DNA from: Eledone cirrhosa | Taxonomy: Eukaryota | Direction: 5' to 3' | DNA: 64,000 nucleotides | NCBI GenBank assembly: GCA_964016885.1 | Contig: OZ024743.1 | Location: 261,578,001-261,642,000, forward strand | In this document: in pieces, positions 11,081 through 22,384 of the stretch | How positions within the stretch are numbered: position 1 is the stretch's first letter | Layout of the letters: the number at the start of each line of letters is the position of its first letter | Position numbers and translations under genes: made by a program | The notes under the pieces: generated by a model | The model's database searches: none | What the model saw: the letters and a program-made list of their open reading frames with translations, nothing else | Told to the model about the DNA's origin: nothing

Positions 11081-13700
11081 GCCAGGTTCATCAATTATAG
11101 CAGGTGTAATGTTAGGATGAATGGTACTGTTGTGGTGTACATTCAGTTGTTGTGAGTGTACTCATTTGTGTATTGCTCGGTGATGTGGTTACTGTTGTAT
11201 AGAATGTAGGCAAAGGAAGATTGATGTGCCTAACATAGTGTGACCAGGGATTGTAGGTGTGCAAGTAAGTGAGTAACAATACCCCTTATGATGATGATGT
11301 GGCGGTTCCTTGGGTAAGAATTACACCTTGATCACGTTTATTTTAAAAAATGTATTTACCTAACTTCTCTTGACGGGATGGTACATGAGACAGTTGGCCA
11401 CTACATCTTAACTAGTTAGTATGAACTCTGCAGCTGCTTGGGTTGACTGGGAGCAGATTATTTGTGAGTATTTCTTCCTTTGTCTCCGAAACTTGAGAAT
11501 GAGCAGATGGCCGTTTGATATGGAAAAATTTCAGACATCAATATGTCTGAAATTTTTCCATATCAAACGACCATCCCGTCAAGAGAAGTTTGGTAAATAC
11601 ATTTTTAAAAATATCTATGCAAGCAAACTCGCCTACATATCATACTTGATACATAACATCACACAATTCAACTCTCATTCTTCGTGTATTATCATTATAA
11701 CTCCGATTAAAATTATATTTAATAAATTAGTAACATAGCGGTCTTGTGTATTGTGTTATTGTAATTTATAAACTTCATTTCCTACGTGATCAAGGTGTAA
11801 TTCTTACCCAAGGAACCGCCACATCATCATCACCATCATCATCATCATAAGGGGTATTGTTACTCACTTACTTGCACACCTACAATCCCTGGTCACACTA
11901 TGTTAGGCACATCAATCTTCCTTTGCCTACATTCTACACAACAGTAACCACATCACTGAGCAATACACAAATGAGTACACTCACAACAACTGAATGTACA
12001 CCACAACAGTACCATTCATCCTAACATTAGACCTGCTATAATTGATGAACCTGGCAACCTCTACAATATATTTGTTCTTTCATCTATGCACAACTTGCAG
12101 GATTTAGTTCCATTTACGTATGGTTTCGAATTTTCTGAGGATTTTCCATTGGATGGAAAAGTTCATGCCCGCCTCCTTGAGTGACGGTACGTGGCTTTCC
12201 AGCTTTGTGGTCGATCACTTTTCTGAGTGTCTGAAAGTCGTCTGATGGTTAAGGAAGCGTTTTTTAAACCAGCCCTCCAACATACCTACATATGTCTTGA
12301 CCTCTTACCGTTGATTCTGCCAGGTGGATGTAACTTCAGCCTCGTAGACTACTGAGGGTGTGTTAGATTTTTGTAGAGGGCATGATTCTAGTTTTCTGCA
12401 AGAGCATCTGGGTGAAGGAGCACTCTTGGTGGTGATGTGGACTTTCATATTTTTAGCACAGGAATATCCGAGTTTCACCCTGTGTCTGTTGAAGATAGAT
12501 CTGTATTTATGCCCTATAGGGAAATGCTTGACTAGGAGTGTTAAGAATTTCTTACCTAAATTAGTTCTAACTCCTAGCGAGAAGGGTGGGCAAAACTAAA
12601 TTATTATTTAATTTCTATTTTTCTGTCTATTGGTAGTGTGATGCTGGTGAGGGAAGTAGGACATTTTTAATGATAATCCACTGTTGGTTAACGCTGTGTT
12701 GTATGATGCCGCTTTGTCAAACATCGCCTTGTTAGAGGAAAGATTTGAGATCCTAGTGCTGATGTTCTTGACGAAGTTTTTATAGATCGTAGACAGGTGG
12801 CATGAGTAAATATTTCATTGAGTTTGTGTAAATGTCTGAATGTGAAATGCGAAGGTCTAAGTTGATATCTAGTAATTTGCGCTAGTTAGATTGGTGGCTA
12901 CATTAATCTTAAGTCCTAACTCATTGAACGTGGCTATCAGGTTTTTCCTAAACCGGTCTGTCGTGATCGCTTGTATGGAAGGCCTGGAATTTGACTCGCA
13001 ACATATCTAATATAAATAAACCAACCAAATCGCATACATCAGCACTATCGAATGGTCCCATCGAGACATCGAATAGTTCTGAGGTAGTTGATTTTTTTGC
13101 CCAGGCTACTCCGTTATTGAAAAGCCTGTCCAAGTCATAGACGGAGGTGTATGTAGTGGCGAACTCCAAAGCTTTATCCAAAAGGGTCACAGAGATCGAT
13201 GCGTAAAAGTCCACTATATCGAATTTCGTGAATCTAGATTTGTTGGTTTCAAATGAGTTAAACCACTTGCAACAGGGTCGCTGTTTTCCCATTGGGAAGG
13301 TTATATTTTTTCCTAATTGTCCTGACTAGTCCTCTAAGTACAGATTTGTTAACTAGCCCTATCTCTGTCCTTGCTAGATTTAATACTCTACATGTAGGGC
13401 TAGTAGCAAAATCGGCTTTGTGATCCTTAAGGTTGATAAAAGTCTCACACATAGCTATGTATTCTCGTTTTCTATCTACATTAAGGGTGGAGGTTAGGTA
13501 TTTGGCTTCACTATTGATGTTTAGACATTCAGACAAGCGATCGACCACAAGGTTGGAAAGCCACGTATGGTCACTCAAAGAGGCGGTCGTGAACTTCTCC
13601 ATCAAATGGAAAATCCTCAGAAAAATCGAGATCATACGCAAATGGAACTAAGTCCTGCAAGTTGCGTTTGATGAAAGAACAAATATTTTGCAAAGATTAC
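11081..13700 (-). mobile_element. decayed Penelope-like element (Naiad-type RT + GIY-YIG) with inverted terminal segments
   Basis: Minus strand: INLKDHKADF..PTCRVLN, KFDIVDFYASI, FDVSMG.FDSADVCDLVGLFIL, CSCRKLESCPL, VYEAEV..TYVG..FKKRFLNH, SCKLCIDER; frameshifted; inverted copies at 11081-11337 and 13521-13690. Confidence 0.85.
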
Positions 13701-14090
13701 GTAACAGTGCTTGCAGTAACACAATCGCCGACCTTTTTTGATTGTTGCCCCCATGCTTCAAAATTTTTATTGCGTAACTGGAAGGACTAAGAAGGACCCA
13801 GACCGAACTACCACAAGGGATCGTTCTTCAAAAGTTGTCTCCCCGACAACAGTCCTACTCGAGTTACCTCTCTCGTCACGGAAACAATACTGACATTTGA
13901 GTAGAATATCCACCCAGCTCATAAATACTCCCGTTCACGCTATAACCGTACACGAATTGAATAATTCTATTTTAAGTGAAACACATGTCCTTAAATATGG
14001 TTTGTTAATTGTTGTGGAACTAACTGTATACCGAACTCCTTTGGACAGAGTACTCTGCCAATTTTGGATATAACATCCTATATTTTGATT

Positions 14091-14119
<29 letters not shown>

Positions 14120-14124
<5 letters not shown>

Positions 14125-14305
14125 TATAATTCTACTTGTCCGTTCGTTCGAGCTTTACGCTTTAGTTAGAGAGAGGGGGAAGTGGAGTAAGACAGAGGGG
14201 AGGGAGTGTGAGAGAAAGAGAAAGACATGTGTTGTGAGAGAGAGAGAGAGGGAGGGGGAGGAGGAGAGAGAGATGTTGCTATTCCACAGCAACACCATAA
14301 CTAGT
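14120..14305 (+). mobile_element. short Helitron-like element
   Basis: Ends with hairpin TGTTGCT-ATTCCAC-AGCAACA then CTAG|T; 5' end uncertain. Confidence 0.4.
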
Positions 14306-15525
14306 AATTAAGAACAAAATGAAGACATACAGACAGACACAAAAACCAAACTAACAAAACAAATAAGACACACACAGATAGAACAAAGAACCAACTAGTG
14401 ACAAATAAATAAATATGAATAGATAAATAAATAAAAACACACACACCCGGATGTAACGCATGCGCAAACTAAACACAAAAACAAGATGGTGTAGGAGAAA
14501 ACAAAGGAGAGACACAAAAGAAAAGCCAGTCACTGTGGAGGTCACAGAATGTGTGACGAAAGAGATTTGATACTATATAAACAACTATCCGATTATCGAA
14601 TCAACCAATCAACCGGAAATTTATAATAAATTGAAGGGAAAACCAACAGGTGCGTGTGTTTTTATTGGCAGCATGACCCTCCCAAAGTATAACAATATAT
14701 ATATGTATGTATGTGTGTGTGTGTGTCTTGTTTTTGAAGTTGTAATGCTTTATAAAGCTATTCCTTGCTAATTTTTTAAAATCCTCTTCTTATCGCTCTC
14801 TTCAAATCTCTTATTGTAACATTCATATAGGCTAGGCAGATTTTTATGCAGAATGTTTTGGTCAAAACACCAACATATCTGTGAATTTCATTTATTTTTT
14901 TTTTCAATTTGTTTTACGACACGAAAAATAAACTCATTTTCTCACATTGCTGTTTGGACATTAGTTTTCATATTATCTAATACTTGGAGCTTTTGTTGGT
15001 GGCTTAGCGTCTCTTCGTAGTCTTTTCATTACTATTCTTAGCACATCTACCATGTAACTTTTTAAAAATAACTTCTCATACAAACTGCTAACACAAAAAC
15101 ACAAAATGTATCGCAAACATTTTTTAGGAAATCTTTAATGTAAGGGAGAAAACTCAGGAAAAGAATGATAGCAGAAAGGGTTAGTTTCCTACCTTACATT
15201 AGGTAATGTGGTTTCGTGTGGAACAGGACGTTTAGAGTTCTACAACTTTTTTGAATAAATGTTTTTTTTCTCACTGCGAAAGATGTGCACCCACTGTATT
15301 CAAAATATATATATATATATATATATATTCAGGTTTGAGGTTCACCACTGTATAGAGCTGGTCTATTCCGTATGGTCAATCGTAATGTAATAATATAGAG
15401 AGTACTCAACGTAAAGCAGTTCAAGCGACCGGCTGAGGTTGAAGGAGCAGGATAGCGGTCGCCCTCGGTTCCTCGATTTTCAGCCCCATGGATTTTATCT
15501 ATTACATTCACGTATTATATTTCGA

Positions 15526-15583
15526 ATACCTGATGATATCACCGGATTCATACGGAACCCGGTCATTGAAATGATCATAGTAT
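15526..15583 (+). ncRNA. type I hammerhead ribozyme motif (partly decayed)
   Basis: ATAC-CTGATGA-[ACCGG...CCGGT stem II]-GAAA-TGATCA-TA-GTAT: stem I ATAC/GTAT, palindromic stem III. Confidence 0.7.
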
Positions 15584-15692
15584 AATAAACCTTTCAAGAA
15601 TTTACACAAATCAAGCCTCCTGTCATTTCATTATAATATTATATATATATATATATATATACATTTATGTACACACACACATTACTTATATA

Positions 15693-16376
15693 TCTAAACT
15701 ATAATAAAGTAAGGCGCGTGGGACTGCGTACGGTTTATAATTTTTTTATCCCATTAGTAAAATAAGTTGGATTACTTTGAATAAATAATGAATGAATATT
15801 ACATAATTTATCTACTAAATTTCGTGGCTGTTGATTAAATATATTTTATTGTTTATTTAAAGATTCACTTCTTTAACATTTTCAAATGTCAACACTTCCG
15901 GTTAGCGATTGCTTAAATAAACATACATATATTTCCGTCACTAATTTTCTCCTTATGTAGTTTATATATAATTGTTTCTACTTTAGGCACAAGGCCAGCA
16001 ATCACTCAGTGCATTACTGGTACTTTATTTTATCGACCCCGTAAGGATGAAAGGCAAAGTCAACCTCGGCGGGATTTGAACTCAGATCGCAAAGGGACGT
16101 AACTATGCTGGAAAACATGGCGTCCGACCCTCTACCGATACTGCCAATCCACCGCCCAGTTTATATATAATATCGTCTTTTTTTTAATGTATCATGGATT
16201 ACGTTACTGATTACATAAGAGAGTGTAACACAGTCTTCGTTCAATTTCTGTGTATATTGTCAATTACAATTTGATTTGATGTATCATATCTACATGCATA
16301 TATACTTGCGTATAATATAAATATACACACTACACATACTAGCAGAAAACCACCCGAAAAGTGGTTTTTCTGCTAG
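15693..16376 (+). mobile_element. non-autonomous Helitron carrying a SINE insertion
   Basis: A|TCTAAACTATAATAAAG start, terminal hairpin ending CTAG|T; inverted homolog at 7679-8216 lacks the SINE. Confidence 0.78.
15973..16157 (-). mobile_element. full-length SINE with 14-bp TSD
   Basis: AGTTTATATATAAT at 15959-15972 and 16158-16171. Confidence 0.92.
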
Positions 16377-16981
16377 TATATATAATTAAGTCAAAAAGAA
16401 TACTAAGGCAGTTATTCAATTACAATAATTTATTTCTACGATCGTTTCAATAAGGATCGATGTAGTACCAGTTAAATTAATTAATTAATCAGTCAACCAA
16501 TTATTTATATGGCTCAAAACATCTCTCCTCATAGATAGACGATTGTTGCTAAATATTAGAAGATTCTTTCACTTTCATTTACTCTCTCACTCTCTTTCTT
16601 TTCTCTTATGCTCTCTCTCTATATATAGAGAGGAGAGAGCGGGAGATAGATCGAGAGATAAATAGATAGATAAATGGAAAGATAGTTAGATAGGTAGATA
16701 GATAGATGGAGAAAGAGAATGGTAAGGGGATATTGAGAAAGCCAAACGTTAAAAAAAAAGGGAGACAGAAAGAAAATAGTATCCAGAAGTATAACTTTTA
16801 ATAGTTTCCCTAGTATGTATGTCGATATGTGTGTATATTGGTAAGTGTGTCGTGTGTATGTGTGTGTGTATGTATGTATCGGTATGTGTGTATGCCAGTA
16901 TGTATGTATGTCCGTATGTGTGCCTCGGTACGTGAATCTCTACATGTCTACGTAGATTCAGTTTACGGGTGAGATGGAGCG

Positions 16982-17016
<35 letters not shown>

Positions 17017-17102
17017 TATATGAAGTATTACCGTAGGAAAAGTAAGGCAAAAGAGAGTGCTCTCTGTAGGCTACAAAGCTTTTTAGTTATGTAATAAACA
17101 AC

Positions 17103-17272
17103 ATAAGATAATTATTTCATTTACCAAAGGTTTCACGAAGACGGACGAGCCTGGCACAGACGTCTGACTTCAATCGTCAGAATAAAATTTCATTCTGACG
17201 ATTGAAGTCAGAGGTCTGTGCCAGGCTCGTCTGTCTTCGTGAAACCTTTGGTAAATGAAATAATTATCTTAT
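17103..17272. ncRNA. 170-bp palindrome containing two divergent type I hammerhead ribozyme motifs
   Basis: Plus strand: TTTCATT-CTGACGA(17195)-stem II-GAAA(17241)-CCTTTGG-TA-AATGAAA; mirror copy on minus strand (TCGTCAG 17174-17180, TTTC 17131-17134). Confidence 0.82.
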
Positions 17273-17331
17273 TCCAATACTGGAATTGAACCATCAAGAC
17301 CGTTGAGGTATGTCATACACCAAATCATGTA

Positions 17332-17393
17332 TTTTATCTGACGAGGACGTACTGAAAAAACAGCACAGTACCTTCGAAATATATATAATAAAA
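17332..17393 (+). ncRNA. type I hammerhead ribozyme motif
   Basis: TTTTAT-CTGACGA-GGACGTACTG..CAGTACCTTC-GAAA-TATATA-TA-ATAAAA; all three stems pair; homolog at 28193-28254. Confidence 0.82.
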
Positions 17394-17453
17394 CATATAT
17401 TTTGAATATGTGAATGTCTTCATTTATTAATATTCTGAATAACATTAATAACT

Positions 17454-17637
17454 GTTTCTACTTTAGGCACAAGGCCAGCAATCCCCCAGTGCATTACTGG
17501 TACTTTATTTTATCGACCCCGTAAGGATGAAAGGCAAAGTCAACCTCGGCGGGATTTGAACTCAGATCATAAAGGGACGTAACTATGCTGGAAAGCATGG
17601 CGTCCGACCCTCTACCGATACTGCCAATCCACCGCCC
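17454..17637 (-). mobile_element. full-length SINE with 20-bp TSD
   Basis: TCTGAATAACATTAATAACT at 17434-17453 and 17638-17657. Confidence 0.93.
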
Positions 17638-18868
17638 TCTGAATAACATTAATAACTCCAGAAAACTTCATTGTAGAGTGCTTTTAATCTATTGTAAAAC
17701 TATATTCATTGAGTAATCAATGAACCATATTAATCTTTGGTTATATATATATAACATATATTCATCTAGTTAGTCATTTAACAGTATACATAGACGGACA
17801 GACAGATGGATGAATATATATATAATGAAAAAGATAGATAGATATATAGATGGATAGATGGATAGATAGATAGAGAGGGAGGGAGAGAGAGCAACAAGAC
17901 GGGAAGAAAAAAAATGAGAGATAAGCAATATATCAAAAAGAAAACCCTAGAGAGTGAAATATATAGTAAACAAAAATAAAGATACAGCTAGATTAATATA
18001 CAGTAGCAGAAATTTCTAGATATCTCAGAATGTTAAAGTAAGGTAAATAGAAGTATATTCTCTTTATATAGCTATAATATAGAACCGAGATTCATTCTTA
18101 CTGTTGACTTTTTATTTCACATAGACATCGATTTACAGAGCAAACTAATTTCTAACACAGTTGTAGAACATTCTCACTGAATTAATGACTCGATTAGACT
18201 AATCAAGTCAATCTTTGGAAATCACTACGGCTTCGGTAAATTATTATCGATACCATTCATTCCAGTACAAATTTTTTTTTTTTTAATTTGTGGAGCTGGC
18301 ATAAGGTTTTAACGGTGACTATTTTTAGCACTCTGGTTAACCTGAGCATTTGTCAGACAATATGATTTATAATTTTATATATTAATGAAAATATATGTAA
18401 TTCTGCTCCTAACATAACATTTTAATTGAGCTGATTTATTTAGACGTAACGTGCTGCTGCTTCTAGCAGTCTCGTTGGCCTACCCGTATCCTATTATATC
18501 GTCCTTCCCATGTGTTTTTACATTGTGTTGAATCTATGGTGGTTAGTCGTTCCCAGTGCATTTAGTAAGACATTCTACCGAAGAGGAGTAGTTTTGCCTT
18601 AATGGTGCCGATTATCCAATATTGGCGCTGTTTCTCTTACACTTTGAAACAGCTGTATAGAATTTTGGAATCGGTCTTTTACCATCTTCGTTTACTTACT
18701 TTCCATTATTTTTTGTCAATGTACCTATCATAGGGAAATTAAGAATCGTTTTTACCATTTTATGTATATCAGTTCATTCACTTACTTTCTGGTCTTCTTA
18801 TGTCATTATACCTATATATACACATGGAATTTGGTTACAATTTGTCTAGGAAATTTTTACTTTTATAT

Positions 18869-19040
<172 letters not shown>

Positions 19041-19253
19041 CAGTAAAAGTTGTTTGAGTGAAAAACAGGAGTAAACAGGAGAAAGCTCTCTACATACGTA
19101 GTGTATAGGAGATTCATTGACGAGCACGCAAGAAGGACGTGTTTTTTTCTTTTTTGCTTGCAGCATATCACATAAACGAATATTTCATCTGAAGATATCG
19201 TTCCCATACCGACAACAAATGCATATATTACACATGAGATTGCATAAAAGAAC

Positions 19254-21370
19254 TGTAGCGGTTGTCTCCCTTGTTTTGATTAGGATCTAGACGGGAAGTG
19301 GAACCCTTTCTGCAACTTCCGGTCAGAGCCCTATAAAACTAACAACTTTAAGCTTCCTTTCTCTCTTTGCCTTTTCGGCACCGATTCACAGAGCCTCTCA
19401 TTGGGCTCCGCCATTAATTTGGCCAACAGGCGCCTGGCCTTAGCCAGGCGTCCTCTGCCAGCCGCGTTTGCCTGGCAATCAAAACGGTAACTACTAACTT
19501 TGCTTCATTCTAACAACATCCTCATCTTTGACATGTCAAGTATACTATCTACCATTGTTAATTAAATATTATACACACAAACCATGTCTCGTTTTGTTAC
19601 ATTCACCAACAACCAGTAATCTCGCTATATTGGTGACCCCGACGTGATACGAACACGCAGCCGTTCATCGCTATAAGTGGTCACCCCCCAAAAAAAAGAA
19701 AAAAATAGCACATCTGGTTTTGTGAGTAACATTACGAATACACAGCAAATTTAGCGACAAACTATGAAAATACTCAAGGACACGCACACACGCACATGTG
19801 GAATTCGCACAGACAGACTTTTTCTCTCACGCATCAATTAACTGTCGCATTTCACCAATATATATATATGTTTCTCGTTTCTTACAACGAACACTTTCAA
19901 AACAAAAAAAAAAACAAAAACATTTCACGATATATATATATGTTTCTCGTTTCTTACAACGAACTCTTTCAAAACACACAAAAAAAAAAAGAAATTTGAT
20001 ATTCTTTAAAAAACATTTCGACAGGAACATTTATTTTCGATGAACCATTGCCTTTTTGTTCATCGTTTTCTTCATCGTTCAAGTTTTTTGTTTTTTTCCA
20101 AAGTTCACACCAATAATTATGCTGAGTGAAGCCTTTCTTTTTCATCATTGTCACTTTCAAAATTGCACTATCATTTTCTCGCGCGTTAGAAATATTATTT
20201 TTTTCAACCTTGTATTGGCACGTGTAGGCAGCATAAATTCTCGATTCACAGAGATGTCTCTACTCACAGACAGCCGCACGCCAGAGATAACATTTCTCAC
20301 CAGGGATTCTTCAGCCTTAAGCTATATTCTTCTATTTGCCGGTTTATAAATTTACAATGTAAATTTACCGTTGATAACCGCGCATTTATTAAGAATGCTT
20401 ATTTCTCTGGTCGCTGGCCTCTTGACCCTTCCAGGTCAACGCATTCTCAACATCGATCATCAACTTCGGCTGCTATTTCTAGCACTTTGCGCAACTCATT
20501 TTTTCTAAAAAAATTTTTTTTACTGTGAATTTAAACACCGAATACGCTCACTCAGCGAGACAACAGCAGCAGCAACAGCAATACATCAATACAGCTTCAC
20601 CAAAGCCAGAGAATTCATTTTTGCAGCACTCTTCCTGTGAGAAAATCCATTCGGAGGTTGGAAATTTCACGATATACCACAGAACAGAAACCACCTGCAT
20701 TCATTCTCTGGAACACACTTTCTTTTCTGCTGTCATGTGATTGCACACCTGTGAACTATATTTTGAACTTTGAGCTCTTCTATTACTTTTACTTTATTAC
20801 ATTGTATCTTTGGGTGATGGATAGATGGATGTCCAGTCGTTCTCTGGCCAAGAGCGGTTGGCTACCTTGATATCTATCATTGATTTTTCCAAACATTCTT
20901 TTGTCGTAATTTTCATGCCTATTACAACATTCTCGCCAACTTGCTACATATTTTCATTTCGATTTTTATACACTAAAATTCTGGCGGGAGGTTATGTAGC
21001 GGTTGTCTCCCTTGTTTTGATTAGGATCTAGACGGGAAGTGGAACCCTTTCTGCAACTTCCGGTCAGAGCCCTATAAAACTAACAACTTTAAGCTTCCTT
21101 TCTCTCTTTGCCTTTTCGGCACCGATTCACAGAGCCTCTCATTGGGCTCCGCCATTAATTTGGCCAACAGGCGCCTGGCCTTAGCCAGGCGTCCTCTGCC
21201 AGCCGCGTTTGCCTGGCAATCAAAACGGTAACTACTAACTTTGCTTCATTCTAACAACATCCTCATCTTTGACATGTCAAGTATACTATCCACCATTGTT
21301 AATTAAATATTATACACACAAACCATGTCTCGTTTTGTTACATTCACCAACAACCAGTAATCTCGCTATA
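19254..21370 (+). mobile_element. intact non-autonomous LTR retroelement (LTRs 19254-19629 and 20995-21370), tRNA-Trp primed, Gypsy/CsRn1-like signals
   Basis: 376-bp LTRs with one difference seen; TSD GAAC; PBS TGGTGACCCCGACGTGAT at 19631; PPT-like CTGGCGGGAGGTTA; TATAAAA in LTR; no gag/pol ORF. Confidence 0.95.
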
Positions 21371-21482
21371 GAACCATTGAGATAATTATAATGAATAAAC
21401 GATTTATGTAATATCAGCATCTTTTTTATGTCGATACGCAATAAATATTTTTCATATGTAAACGAAACTTCCTCGTTTTTTC

Positions 21483-21602
<120 letters not shown>

Positions 21603-21635
21603 TGAATGTAGAGGAGTGACACACGAGTTAGTTGA

Positions 21636-21964
21636 TATATATAATAGTAAAAAAGAAAAAAAGAAAACAGTAGAAAATGCTAAAGGGATTTTCTCTCAGA
21701 ATAACAGCAAAACATTTATTTACAAAATAGGAATTTCCGCATTATTTGTACCGGTTTCAGCTTGTAGGCTTCTTCATAAGACAGAAGTGTATAATGCAAT
21801 TAAATTGCATATTAATAAGAACAATAAGAATATGGGAAAACAAATTTTTCACATTTTTATCCATAGTTTTCTTTCTTTCTCTCTTAGTGTTGACCTTAGA
21901 TTCTGAAAGAAAATCCCTTTAGCATTTTCTACTGTTTTTTTATTATTTTTTTTACTATATATAT
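21636..21964. repeat. inverted repeat (about 65-bp arms) around a decayed hammerhead-like motif; probable Penelope-derived fragment
   Basis: AAAACAGTAGAAAATGCTAAAGGGATTTTCTCTCAGAA vs TTCTGAAAGAAAATCCCTTTAGCATTTTCTACTGTTTT; minus strand ATGAAGA-AGC..GCT-GAAA-CCGG-TA at about 21747-21779. Confidence 0.6.
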
Positions 21965-22384
21965 GTGTGTAGTGACCCCTTGTTATGTCGTAATTGTTTT
22001 AGGTTAAGCCGGTCCTAGCGATTCAAAAGCCCTTCACGTCAGTAATTTGTCCCAAGTAAGTGTTGGTGATTATGAGAGACGAATAATACATTTATCAAAT
22101 AAGAGTAGTTAAGACGGGATTAATTCACCATAATTGTTTATTGCATGATATATATTTCTGTCACATAGTTATTCATTTGACTTCATTAGATGTTTACGCA
22201 ATTTTATGCAAAGATTTGGATATGTCGGTGTCCATGTATAACTAACTATCCTGTAGTGATGGCAGCCGGTATATGAATCTCTTATCTTCGAACGGCGCAC
22301 CGCCTGTAACTGTAGTTAAACACCTAACACACACACACACGTTTCAATTTCAAACTAGTAGCGGACTCTTCAACTATCAATGAT

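Noticed and set aside
19183-19230. CTGAAGA-containing hammerhead-like stretch
   Set aside because: GAAA core and stem I are not intact
19631-19662. tRNA-Trp gene
   Set aside because: Only the 3' 32 nt, antisense, and including CCA, so it is a copy of the mature primer rather than a gene
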